Shown: positions 23,992-36,751, numbered from the whole stretch's first letter. The stretch: 63,972 bases of DNA, filler included, from Pelomyxa schiedti (GCA_020536535.1; 9 parts of 9 records of this genome joined end to end with filler, not necessarily neighbours in it), one strand, 5' to 3'. Notes: generated by a model not told the origin, from the letters alone. A program made the numbers and translations.

Positions 23992-26257
23992 TTAGAAGAT
24001 ATTTTGGGAGAATGTATTGTTGGCCCAGCCAAGGAACCTGAGGATTGGGTTGGGTTGTGTGAGGTCGACGTGGAATGGGTTGTTTCCTGTGATGAACCCG
24101 GACCGCGCGTCTCTCCTGTTGCAGAAATTCTCCACGGATTTGTGGATGGCTGCCAGAACAAACAAGTTACCTGAGTATTATTTGAAAAGGAATATATGAG
24201 AAGAAAGAAAGTGGGAGATTCTTACTTGATATCTTCCCGTACTGAACAGTAAACTCCAACGAACACTCGAAATCACTCAGTGCTTTGAACAGAGTGAGGA
24301 AGTTCTCTTCTTGAATTGACATTATGGAGACAAAAATCGCCGGCCCTGTTTTGTTTTGTTTGTGGAGATTAAAACCATCAAGAGAGAAGAATTAGTAGTT
24401 GGGAGCAAGTACTGTGAAGGAAGGTTCGTCCTGGGATCCCGGCAATGGTGGATTCGGGAACTGTATTAAAGTTAGAGTGCCACAATGCACAACTGGTGTA
24501 TTTGGTTGTTGAAATTGTTCAGAACACACGCTTTGGAATGAACCGGCTATCCACAATGCATTGCCTGTTTGATGTGGTTTTGAGAGATACAAACTCCAGT
24601 GTGCGTGTAATATGTGCCAGTTCACTGGTGCATTCTTGCTCAGCAGGTGCTGGTGTGGTTGTGGAGTCGCTCTCGATTTTTGTGTACAGGTGGTGCGGAT
24701 GTTGTTGTGGTGGTGGTGGTGATGCAGTCAAAAAGGGTCGTGAAAAGAGCATTGACATCATTCTCAAACTTGTGCACAATCTTTTTGTCACAGGAAGATT
24801 TATGTGAATGTCACATTGAAAGAGGGGGAGAGATGGAACCTTGGAGTAATCGCTTGTCNNNNNNNNNNNNNNNNNNNNNNNNNNNNNNNNNNNNNNNNNN
24901 NNNNNNNNNNNNNNNNNNNNNNNNNNNNNNNNNNNNNNNNNNNNNNNNNNNNNNNNNNGTGAGGAAGTTCTCTTCTTGAATTGACATTATGGAGACAAAA
25001 ATCGCCGGCCCTGTTTTGTTTTGTTTGTGGAGATTAAAACCATCAAGAGAGAAGAATTAGTAGTTGGGAGCAAGTACTGCGAAGGAAGGTTCGTCCTGGG
25101 ATCCCGGCAATGGTGGATTCGGGAACTGTATTAAAGTTAGAGTGCAACAATGCACAACTGGTGTATTTGGTTGTTGAAATTGTTCAGAACACACGCTTTG
25201 GAATGAACCGGCTATCCACAATGCATTGCCTGTTTGATGTGGTTTTGAGAGATACAAACTCAAGTGTGTGTGTAATATGTGCCAGTTCACTGGTGCATTC
25301 TTGCTCAGCAGGTGCTGGTGTGGTTGTGGAGTCGCTCTCGATTTTTGTGTATAGGTGGTGCAGATGTTGTTGTTGTGGTGGTGGTGGTGATGCAGTCAAA
25401 AAGGGTCGCAGTAATCTGGGACCTGATAACCGGTGTTGGATGCGGTGGTTGCTAGGTTTAGAGCATAATGAGATGGAATTGGATGAGAAAGCACCAATGC
25501 CAGGAATCGTGGTCACGAGGTACATGATCTTAGACTTGATGTGTGTTCTGCCGGAATGAAAATAAAAGTGTTTGGGTAGTTGTGTCAATATTAATAATGA
25601 TTAAAATATTAATATTATGATTAAAATAATTGCCAAAATCTATTTTTTAATAAGTTTACAATATCAATATAGAATTTCGCGACCTTGTGGAAGAACACTT
25701 TGGAGTGACGTGAAAAGTAATCACCTCCTTCGAGTGAGAATGAACATTAAAGCTGGTTGTGATGATATCAGGAACACTCCACAGAGTAATTTCCGCTAGC
25801 TCCCCTCCGTTTTTCCCATTGCACTTGGAGCATCTCGCCTCTATCGAGGGTGCATCATTGTTTAGTTGAGGAAGAGAATGTGAGTGTGGGAAAAAGGGAA
25901 GGGATTACCTGTGTTCAAGCCCCATCTGACCCACGATCCACCGAGGACGTGGTTCGACAACTCGGTGTGCGATATTCCCGTTGATTGTCTCCACATTGTG
26001 TCCACGATCAGCCTCATCTGAATTGAGGTCAGATTATAATAATAACGAATCTTCGTTGCTCTTTAGATTTTTTAATTAACCACACGACAGCATCAACACT
26101 ACGCAGACGCAGGCGGAGGTGTGGACGTACACATCGACATCATTCATACGGTGTATTTGCTGTGCATGCACATCACATCACTGTCCGTCCTCAGGTCCAC
26201 GTACTGCGACGTCGTGAAACTCACGCTGCTACTACCCGTTGTTGCCGTAGTGATCAT
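23992..26257 (-). CDS. Uncharacterised two-domain family protein, tandem copy 3 (contains an assembly duplication and gap at 24294-24958)
   Basis: Same motifs and intron positions as copies 1-2. 24294-24737 is a near-identical duplicate of 24959-25408. Confidence 0.68.
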
Positions 26258-29200
26258 TATCACCAATTCCGATCAACTTTCTTCACCTAAGGACGAGATT
26301 AAAAAAATTCTTCTCGCGCATTGGAGTCAAGTACGATTACGATTGTTCTAGTCACATTGTTAACAACAAGCTGGGAAGGCTCAACCCCTTTTTTGTTCCC
26401 TTCTCGTGCCCTGCTGCCACTCAGCAGCAACTAGTTGGGCCCAACGTTTGCCTGCAGCTTAGGAAGCACCAGATCTTGTGTCTGGTGTGGTCTGCCCTCA
26501 CATCTTGGCTCCGCTTTCCAGCCAAAGCGCGTCACGGCGGATGGTCCCTTTTCGCTTTCTGCTTATTAGCGACCACCGAAGCCGGATTTCGACCCCGGAG
26601 GACCCTGCCCCGTGGCTCTGCGGAGGGCGCCAGCCGCTGCGTGGTTGACCCACGGTTCCAGCCTGGTCCTGCTGGTTCTTTGCACCTTTGCGTTGTGGTA
26701 TCCATGTCTGCTTGACCTTTGGCGCTTTCCATTTCCCGAGACAGGATGAGACGGGACGGAACACTTGTGCTCCTGTCTTTCACGGAGCTCCTCCACCACC
26801 TCCACCACGCAAGCCAAACGCGGTCTTACATCACTCCAATGCAATGTAGTTGAAACCCATTTGGGGGGAGCCCAGTTTCCTTCTCAGTTTTTATCTTAAG
26901 AACCTCCTTTTTTTTTCCCCACCAGAATTATGGGATGTGAATTGGTATCACAAAGCCAGGTTGTGTAATTTGATTGGAATTGTGTTGGTTGTGGTGCTGG
27001 GTGCAATTGGTTGTAGAGACAGAAAGAACTTGTGTAGAGACAGCACAAGTTATACAGGTTGGAAATCAAATCACCAAGTCAAACATAGGTGGCTCCAAAC
27101 TCGAGCACAGGGACAGGGGCTGTATGTATACTTTGGTAATGTGAAAAGCAAACACACAACACTGCAAAACCCAGCAACAACAAATAGTTCCTTGTGTGGC
27201 CATTGCAATCTGGTCAGCAGTTTAGTAGTGGTAATGGTCGTAGTGAACATACATTCATCAAAGTCATATTGCTTCTCCAACAAGATTTGCCAACAAGGCG
27301 AGTTGGTTTTAAGTACTGTGACTTTGCCATGTTAGTTCTTAAGAAATATTCTCTGGTTGGATACTTACTGGTAGTGCTGGAGAAAGCACAATTTGTGGGT
27401 GTGGTGTGACAAAGTATATTGGGGGCAGAGAGATTTCCTGCTGATAGCAGACACCCTCAAGAAAGGCATTTAATGCACCTCACTCCTCTTCAGCATTATC
27501 AGCGCTATGGTAACATGTTAAAAGACAGTATTTTAAAGACAAGTTTTTGAATAATACTGGAACTTCATAATATTTTCACCCACGAGAACATAAAATCGTT
27601 GCGGAAAGAAAAAAGAACCTAGGTCAATGCTGACTATTCCTTTACAGAGCTTGATAACTTCCAATGCACCATTAACCTGAGACCGCAAGAGAAATTGTAC
27701 AATATAAGTTGTGACCTGTACATAGTCAGGGAACCTCAATTGATGTTAAGCTGTACGAAGTTTCTTGGGGATGAGTGATATACTACTGGCGGGTCATTCT
27801 TTTTATCATTAGATTAGAATCTGAAAAAAAATAGTATACTTTTGGTGGCCCATGCTTTCTGTGCCACTTCGCTGTTGGCTTGGTTCTTAACAGCAGTGGA
27901 AGTTACTGGTTCACTCCCTCTTGAGGTGGAACTCGGGCAAGTGGTTTGCGTGGTAGTTGTGGTTTGTGTGTGCTCAACAACCAACGCCTATAGTTGGTCG
28001 TGCCTCTGTGTTAGCAATCCGAATAGTTTTGAGGTGGAGCAGGTACCTTGGTTTTCTTTGATAGTGCTTTTCGCTTCTGCTTTTTGGCAGTCTCTGCACT
28101 GCCCCAGACACAGGAGAAAAAAAAAAGATTGCGGAGGTGTTAGGGCGACTACTACCCCTTCAGCTAGCGGTTTCTTATGTCGTTCCGACTCCGCTGGAGT
28201 TCCTCGTCACGGACCGATACGATCCGTTGTGGTTCGCTGTGTTGGTCCATTGGTAACACACCCACCAATGACTGGACATTGATCTGTCGGATTTTTATTT
28301 TTTTTATGGGTAGCGGGTGTCGACAAAGGACTGTGGAAGGCACTTTGACTTGGTTTTTTCTTTCGTCTTGAATGTCTTACTTGCAACGTTCCACTTTGCT
28401 CTTTCCGTTCCAGAACGCGTGCTAAATAGCCGGCAACATCCTGGGGGATGGTTATGTACATCGACTTTAATTGTGCTTCGGCTGTACCTTGGCAAGGTCT
28501 TTTTTACTTGGTAACTTATCGCTGTTCTTGTTTTCGTAAAGATTTTTGGCGGAGTCCAGGATAAGTGTGGTCTTTATATTGTAATATGTTAGATGAGAGA
28601 ACAAGTTTGGAGAAGTACTGTGAAAAGGTTCCATACTTGCCCACGATTAGTAAGAACTAATATGGGTAGCAGACTGGGTTGCATGAGAAATCCGGCTATG
28701 GCAAATGTAATGCTGTTCTGCTCATTTGCGTCAGTGGCTATGTAAAATATGTGAGACCAAAATGTATTTTATGAACAGTACTTGAGACTGAGGCTCAGGG
28801 ATGGAAATTGCTCCACTTGCCCGCATGCAATTCAAGTTTAATTACAGTGAATTTGCAAGTGAACTATTGTGACTGGGAGTTGTGCAATTTGTCCTACGGC
28901 ATCTTCTACCTGTCAGATGAGTTAAGCAAGAGTCAAAATATGGGTTGGCAACTTTGATTTGAATTTCATTGTTTGTAAACATCCTCTACTTCCTGTGTCG
29001 CTGGTCAGAAAAGTTAGAAGTCTTGCAACCTTTGGAGGGTCCCTTTCCGCGATTCAGACTTATTTGGGTCGGTCTCTGCTTGACTGTGGACCTATGGGTG
29101 ATGGTTTACAGTGCTTTGCTCGGAAGAAGTTGCTGTTGAGTTGTTCTTTGCGGGCCCCTCGTTTCGTGTATTGTCATTATCCCTGTGAATTTGGCTCGGA

Positions 29201-29989
29201 AGGCTTGGCGTGGATGTTGTAGTTGTTGTGGAATTATTATTGCAGTGTTGCGGTCCCATGCAGGCATCATGGGCACAGTCTGTTGTGCAGTTCTTATGTG
29301 GCGGGAGAGAATTGAGTAAATTTTCGGTGTATTTAGAGCCGGCAACATAAGACAGGACTGTAGCTCTGGTTGAATAATTCTTTGGTCTATCCACATATAA
29401 TGCTTGGTTGCCTCAGCAGCAGCACCTAGAGGAGTTAGTACTGCATTAACGACATAGGGTATTGTACATATTACAGATTCGACAAGGAAAGGCAGCTGCC
29501 TTATGTGCACAGTCGTCTGGATCACGCAGCAGTGACTCAAATGCGGAAAACGCAGAAACAACCATTGGGGGAAGGCTCATCAACGGTTAAACAAGTTTTT
29601 ACTAAAAAAAGTACCTTGTAAAGCTTGGCAATTAATCCCTGGATTCAGAGAACTTGCGACTTTCAACTAACATAGCAAAGTGGGCAGCATCAAAGGAAAT
29701 CCCACTGTCTTCTCAAAATCTGTGAATAATTACATAGGTACATAGTATGACTGACTTTACTTATATAATGTCTCGCTTGTGCAAGCTGTGAATATCATCC
29801 TCTGCTAATTTACAAACACAATGAACAGTTCCGGCGTGGGGCCGGGCCGGCGTAAGTCCTTCTTTCCTTCTTGCTTGCGCCTTCACCACCAGCGCGCGCC
29901 CTTGTCCGTCTTGGACGCCGTTCACGTCACACACAACAACAGCAACAGCAACAACCACGGTGGAGAACGTGGTTGGGCCTGCGGAACCT

Positions 29990-31944
29990 GCTGTTGTGGG
30001 GGCAAGGAGGGCAGGAACGAACGCGGGGAACCGGACAAGCAAACTCCACCACACGGCATGAAGAACACGAATGACTTGTGATTCTTGGCCCACTCCTCAT
30101 AAGCTGGTTGGTCATGAATAAGGTCAAGGAATTCTTGCGGTAAACTTTTTTTGGGTCAGTGGTGAGGGAAAGATGAGGTGGTTGACACACACATACACCT
30201 CGGGATGACGAAGGCACCAAGAGGGTGGATGATGTTCCTGTGATGAGGAATCAACGACAGAGTCTCACACTCGGTCATGTATTTGTTCCTCAGCTGCGTT
30301 TGTGTGGAAATATTCTCCATGTTGAACTGGAGCTTCATGACCATCATCTGCGGGTCTGGGGATGCCTTGCTTCCACGAAATTGCACCTTGAATGCTGCTC
30401 CGTATGAGCCGGTTCCAAGGAGTTCTTTTGCAGCAAACTGGGATATTCCGGCCGGGATCAGTGATGTCATTGTGCTGATTGTTTGCTGGGGTTTTGGTGT
30501 GATTCAAGTTGGTGAGAAAAGAACCCCCCCAAACCTTGAATTGCTCCGACTCCTCCTCCCAATTCTTCTGGGCGGTTCTCAATTTCTGATTGACATTCTC
30601 AATCTCTGCAAGGCGGCCCTGGAGAAAGTTGTTCTCATCAAGCAACTGTGCCCCAGAGATGAGTTTATTTTGTTATGTGGAGACATCATGTGGTTATTAA
30701 GTTAATATTTATTATTGGGAATGTGATGCTCATGTTGTTAATCTTTGGGAGTGAATAACCTTTTGAAAGTGTGCCTTGACGGCTTTCACAACTGTTTCAA
30801 TTTCCTTGTCTTCACTTTGGTTTGTAAAGGAGCCACCGGTAAGGGCATCACCATTGAGACATAAATTACTCTCTGCCCTGAGCAGTGAAAGCACTTGGGT
30901 GAAGTTGAAACTTGGTTGTGGTTGCACTCGCGGTTGCATTTGAAATGGTTGTTGCATTTGCGGTTGCATTTGCAGTTGCATTTGAAATTGTGGTGGCATT
31001 TGAAGTGGTTGTTGCATTTGCGGTTGCATTTTTGGTTGCATTAGCGGTTGCATTTGCGGTTGCATTTGAAATTGTGGTGGCAGCATTTGTAGTTGCGTTT
31101 GAAACAGGGACCTTTGCGAGAAGTGCTCGGCGGAATTACTGGCACCTCACAAAGATCCAAAGTAGTCTCACCTTTTGAGAAAAAAAAAAAGAATTGTGAA
31201 GGTGTTACCTTAATATTCAGATTCATGTCCTTAAGACTCAGCAGAAGGTGTACAATGGCGACATGGTCCCCCTGCATGCAATATACAAAGGTGTCTGTGG
31301 ATATTTATTTTCAAAAAAAAATGTATTATGTTAGTAAAGCGCACATCTCCCTATTTCATTTGTTCCCAGCACCAGATGATGAGAAAGTGATGATAAAGAC
31401 AATGGAAAACCGGACATACTATCTGGGAAGAGAGAAGTTATTAATCGGCATAGCAGGGTGGAAATAGTACTTTCTGAGAAATGAAATAGTTTCCAAGCAC
31501 AATCAAACAGGGGGGAAAAAAAGGTGAGAAATGAAGCATCAAAGGGGAAGGTTGTGTTACCCACGATGGTGCACCAATGCAAAAAGGAGGAAGACCCTCA
31601 GCCTGGAAAAGGAGAGGACATCATGATTGGTAGGAAGGAGAAGATACACATATACTGATATACGTACCTGAATATTCACAGCAGCCCCGCTTTGCACAAG
31701 TCGACCAACGCACGAAGTTCCCTGGATCCACCCAAGGCCGCTGCGTGCAAAGTTCTCTTTTTGTATCAAATCATAAGTGAACACACAAAGGAAGGCATGT
31801 TTTGGGTTGGGTTGGGTTGGGTTGATGCATACATAGCCCCGTGGTTGAGAATTTACATCGCAACAGCCGGTTTAGTGTCGCCACATCGCCGCCATATGCA
31901 GCACCAATCAAAGACTGCCCTGGACCATTGCTAACGGCGAGCAT
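29990..31944 (-). pseudogene. Ankyrin-repeat, Q/P-rich linker and protein-kinase N-lobe; appears truncated or frameshifted
   Basis: LIGAAYGGDVATL, GDHVAIVHLLL, KGETTLDL. Kinase LGTGSYGAAFKV..MVMK..E..HRNII. No HRD or DFG found downstream. Confidence 0.65.
30915..31080 (-). repeat. 12-bp coding minisatellite (QMQP repeats)
   Basis: CGGTTGCATTTG-type units. Absent from the paralog at 35136-36630. Confidence 0.85.
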
Positions 31945-32102
31945 TTGAAAGGGAAAAAATAGAGGGTGAAAGAAAGGGGTTGTTTGGTGCTTTGTTGTGG
32001 TCTGCTGTCTCCTGCCACTACTGCAGCAGTGATACATACGTCCATTGGCCTCAACAAGTTAGTTCTTTTTCTTTCTCCAACCATAGATCACAACAAAAAA
32101 AA

Positions 32103-34331
32103 ATGGGAAACCATGAAAGCAAAACAACATCGACGTCGGATCTTGTTGATGGCCGCGATAAGTTTCAGAGGTCGATAAGGGAGCGTGACGCTTTCTTCGC
32201 GAGGCTGGGGCGGTCGGCCACAGTCGGCGACAACGTGCAAAACACAGCCGAGGGGAGCGTGGTCGTGGCATCAAACTTCAGGCTCGTGAGAGTCATGACC
32301 GCACAAGGGTGCGACGGTGTGTGATTCAACCAACTCATGTCACTATGTGGGGTGGGGAATGCTACGTTTTTTTTTTGTCTGGGACTTTTGCAAACAAACC
32401 AAAACCAAAACCAAAACCAAAACCAAAACCAAAACCAAAACCAAAACCAAAACCAAAACCAAAACAGAGATTGGGTTTGAGGTGAAGTGCATTGGGTTGG
32501 GGCACCCCAAGTTGTTCAAGCATCAGTCATATGTACTCAAGGCCCTTTTCAATTATGGTTTCACTGCCACAGCAACAACAAGTGTTGATAATGACTTTGA
32601 GGCATTGTGTCTTCTTCTGCTTTTTGTTTTTGGGAATTGCTTTCATTTGTTTTTGTCTTGAGCTGCTTTTTATTTATCACCACCACCCTCACCTTTTTTT
32701 TTTCTGTGCCTGTGTGTCCTCCTGACTTCTTTTTCCTCCTCTCTCCATCTCATCAGAATGAGAACATTGTTGCTTCAGTTTCAGATGCACACCAACCAAA
32801 CCGATATCTTTGCCACTTCACAGACCGCATCCCACAAGAGTATTTCAACCACCTTCTGCCAGCCACAAAGGAACTTGCATTTGACCCAGTGCACAACAGG
32901 ACACATGCGTGCATGTGGGTTGTCCTTGAGCATCATCACTCTGAGACATGGGACCAATTTCTAACTCACATTGATCATCCCCAGGACATGCATGACCATG
33001 GGGTGTGTGATGAAAGAGGCAATGGTGTTGACAAGGACATTGATACAGTGTCACTGCCTTGTGAGAGGGCTGCTGATGCTGGTGACACTATCGCAATGCG
33101 CAACCTTGCTGCATGTTATTACAATGGTGATGGTGTTCCCAAAGACATTCAAAAGGCAGTGTCGCTGTGGCAGAGGGCTGCTGGTTCTGGTGATGCCACT
33201 GCAATGCACAACCTTGGTTTGTGTTATTACAGTGGTGATGGTGTTGACAGGGACACCAGCAAGGCAGTGTCGCTGTTCCAGAGGGCTGCTGATGCTGGTG
33301 ATACCAACGCAATGCGCCACCTTGGTTTGTGTTATAAAAATGGCAGTGGTGTTGACAGGGACATCAGCAAGGCAGTGACACTGTATCAGAGGGCTGCTGA
33401 TGCTGGTGATGCCATTGCAATGTGCAACCTTGGAGTGTGTTATCTAAATGGCGATGGTGTTGACAGGGATCTGAGCAAAGCAGTGTTGTTGTATCAGAGG
33501 GCTGCTGATGCTGGTGATGCCAAGGCAATGTGCAACCTTGGTTTGTGTTATAAAAATGGCAAGGGGGTTGACATGGACATTCACAAAGCAGTGTTTTTGT
33601 ATCAGAGGGCTGCTGATGCTGGTAATGCCCCTGCAATGCACAACCTTGGTTTGTGTTATCAAAATGGCGATGGTGTTGACAGGGATCTGAGCAAAGCAGT
33701 GTTGTTGTATCAGAGGGCTGCTGATGCTGGTGATGCCATTGCAATGTGCAACCTTGGTTTGTGTTATAAAAATGGCAAGGGGGTTGCCAAGGACATTCAC
33801 AAGGCGGTGTCACTGTATCAGAGGGCTGCTGATGCTGGTAATGCCACTGCAATGGGCAACCTTGGCTACTGTTATTACAATGGTTATGGTGTTGACAAGG
33901 ACATTCACAAGGCAGTGTCACTGTATCAGAGGGCTGCTGATGCTGGTAATGCCATTGCAATGTGCAACCTTGCCGACTGTTATGAAAATGGTTATGGTGT
34001 TGACAAGGACATTCACAAGGCAGTGTCACTGTATGAGAGGGCTGCTGATGCTGGTGATGCCATTGCGATGTGCGACCTTGGTGACTGTTATGAAAATGGT
34101 GATGGTGTTTCCAAGGACATTCACAAGGCAGTCTCACTGTTCCAGAAGGCCGCTGATGGTGGTTGTGCCCAGGCGCTGCACTACCTTGCATTGCGTTACA
34201 GCCGAGGTGTGGATGGTTTTGCCAAGGACATTCATCAGGCACATAGACTGTGGCTGTGGGCAGCTTCCCTTGGTGATACTCATGCCATTGGCAAACTCAG
34301 AATTCTGAACGTTGGGAAGCAGTTACATTAA
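32103..34331 (+). CDS. Kinase-N-lobe-like region fused to about 12 Sel1-like repeats (possibly an internally deleted kinase-SLR gene)
   Basis: MGNHESK start; QGCDG..FEVKC..YVLKALFN..ENIV..WVVLE. Then 36-aa repeats MCNLGLCYxNGxGVxKDIHKAVSLYQRAADAG (108-bp DNA repeats, 32988-34290). Confidence 0.85.
32396..32465. repeat. (AAAACC)n microsatellite, intronic
   Basis: About 11 perfect hexamers ending just before the AG acceptor at about 32468. Confidence 0.95.
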
Positions 34332-34405
34332 TTTTCATTTACTCCCTTCAAGGTTGTCTTTACACTGGCTAAAGCATAACTGGTTCATGCTGGGGCACTG
34401 TGTAG

Positions 34406-34649
34406 AAAGTGGAGGTAAAAACACAACGGGCTCGATGTGGAGCTCCCAATGTGGACACACAGTGGTCCCCAGGTGGTCCCTGTTGCAGCCCCCTCAGAGG
34501 TGCAGGTTGGGAAGGGAAGTGTGGAGTGTAGGAGCCCAGTGGTGGGGTGCGTAGGAGCAACAGTGAGAGAGCGAGAGAGCGAGAGCGAGAGAGTGAGGGG
34601 TGTTAGTGCCGAGGTGAAGTGGGTGGAGGCAGAAGTAAAGCCTGACATT
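34406..34649. repeat. Uninterrupted copy of the dispersed repeat (empty site of the TIR element)
   Basis: Reads CACAA-CG-GGCTCGATGTGG where the other copy reads CACAA-CG-[839 bp]-CG-GGCTCGATGTGG. Confidence 0.88.
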
Positions 34650-35135
34650 CTGTTTGACAGCCCTTCAGGCATCCAGGGTCCTGTTGTCGTTGAGTGGGGT
34701 GATCCTACAAAGAGAGAGGGGGATTTACCTTGGTGATGACAGGCTTTCATCACATCAGCCAGCAAGTTGCTGCTACACCTGGTCTCAAGTGTGAGAAATC
34801 GAAAAAAAAAACAGAGAAATACCTGCAGTTCAAGTCTGCCTTGCTTGGATGCCACAGAAATTGAAAAAGAAAAAAAGGAGTCACACAAATGCGGGAAAAG
34901 AAAAAAGCCGGGATAGGAGGCGGAGCTGGAATGATTTTAATTGCTCCAGCGTGTGGATGTTGCCAGCCCACATGTTGACCTTCAGCTTGACTGACCTTGC
35001 CACAAAGTCCTCTTCTCCAATGAAAGAACCGAGAANNNNNNNNNNNNNNNNNNNNNNNNNNNNNNNNNNNNNNNNNNNNNNNNNNNNNNNNNNNNNNNNN
35101 NNNNNNNNNNNNNNNNNNNNNNNNNNNNNNNNNNN

Positions 35136-36630
35136 CTCCTCCTCCCAATTCTTCTGGGCGGTTCTCAATTTCTGATTGACATTCTCAATCTCTGCAAGGC
35201 GGCCCTGGAGAAAGTTGTTCTCATCAAGCAACTGTGCCCCAGAGATGAGTTTATTTGTTATGCGGAGATATAAGTTAATTATTAATTAACATTAATATTT
35301 ATTATTGGGAATGTGATGCTCACGTTATTATTTTTGGGAGTAAATCACCTTTTGAAAGTGCGCCTTGACGGTTTTCACAACTGTTTCAATTTCCTTGTCT
35401 TCACTTTGGTTTGTAAAGGAGCCGCCGGTAAGGGCATCACCATTGAGACATAAATCACCGAACTCTGCCCTGAGCAGTGAAAGCACTTTGGTGAAGTTCA
35501 AACTTGGTTGGCTGTTCATCAATTGAGGTTGGGGTTGAGTGTGAGGTTGAAAGTCTGGTTGTGGTTGCGGTTGTGATTCTGGTTGAAATGATGGGGGTGG
35601 CTGCACTTGGTGACGTTTTGGTTTGCTGAATGTCATTTTTTGTTCCGGTTGTGGTGCTTGCAGTTCCAGTTGCGGCTGTGGTGGCAGTATTGTTGTGGTG
35701 GAAGCCTACAAGGCCCAAGCCAAATTAGTCACGCTCAGAGTATAGATTTGACAGTGACCTTTGTGATAAGTGCTCGGCGAATTACTGGAAGTTCACAAAC
35801 ATCCACAACAGTTTCACCTTTTGAATTCTTCATCATACCGTGCTTTTTGTTAAGGGGAAAAAAAACCTTTGAAGGTGTTACCTTAAGATTCAGATTGATG
35901 TCCTTATGACTCAATAGAAGGTTTGCAACGGCGATATGTCCCTTCCTGCATGCAATATGCAAAGGTGTCTGTGAAAAATATTAAAAAACTGGTTATAGAA
36001 GAGAAGCAAGCACACATCTCCCTGTTTCATTCGTGCTCAGCCCCATGTGATGTGAACAAATGAGAAAGACAATGGAAAACCGGACATACTATCTGGGTGA
36101 GAAATGATTAGTCTGCATAGCTGGAGTGGAAATAATACTTCCTAAGACATGGAGTAGTTCCCAAACACCACGATCAACAGGGGGGAAAAAAAAAAGGTGA
36201 GAAATGAAGCATCAAAAGGGAGGTTATGGTCCTACCCACAGTGACCTTCTGCCGGTCTGAGGATTACCATAAGCCTGCAATTTATCAGCAGATTGGTGGA
36301 GGAGAAGCTATAGTGTTTGCCTGAATATTCACGGCAGCCCCGCCTTGCATAAGTACACTAACGCACGAGGTGGATCCATTCCAGGACGCCACGTGCAAAG
36401 CTGTCTTTTTTTTTTTATTCCAAGTCAGAAGAGAAAGATAGTCACAAGTAATAGTCGTAGTAGAGTGGGGGGTGTTGGGTATGTACATAGCCGAGTTGTT
36501 GGCCATTGTATGAGTCCGAATTGACATCGACGCCAATTCGCAACAGCCTGCTTAGATACGCCACGTCATCAGTAAAAGCAGCCTGAATCCATGGACCTGC
36601 CCCTTGGACTGTTGCTGGAATTGCTGACAT
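35136..36630 (-). CDS. Ankyrin-repeat protein, paralog of 29990-31944; 3' end lost in a gap
   Basis: TALHVASWNGSTSCVSVLMQGGAAVN and LHIACRKGHIAVANLLL. Shares LCLNGDALTGGSFTNQSEDKEIE with the paralog. Confidence 0.78.
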
Positions 36631-36751
36631 GTCCGAGTACCGGATGGTGGAACAAAGTGAATAGTAGGGAAAAAACAATAAAATACAGTGGCAGTTGATC
36701 GTTTGATTCGTTGGCTTTGTGATGATGAAAGAGAGCGGAGAGAGGGAGGTT

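Noticed and set aside
24294-25408. Apparent additional tandem paralog
   Set aside because: Near-identical duplicate across a gap with a 121-bp exact overlap and only a few SNPs; likely an allelic bubble.
26400-29760. Possible spliced gene(s) on the minus strand
   Set aside because: Short exon-like ORFs are present, but I could not assemble a frame or recognise a motif.
32396-32465. (AAAACC)n as a telomeric repeat
   Set aside because: Short, internal and intronic; a similar hexamer run (TTTTGC)n at 14184 shows these are ordinary microsatellites.
32988-34290. Regular DNA repeats as a CRISPR array
   Set aside because: In-frame 108-bp coding Sel1 repeats with no unique spacers and no cas genes.
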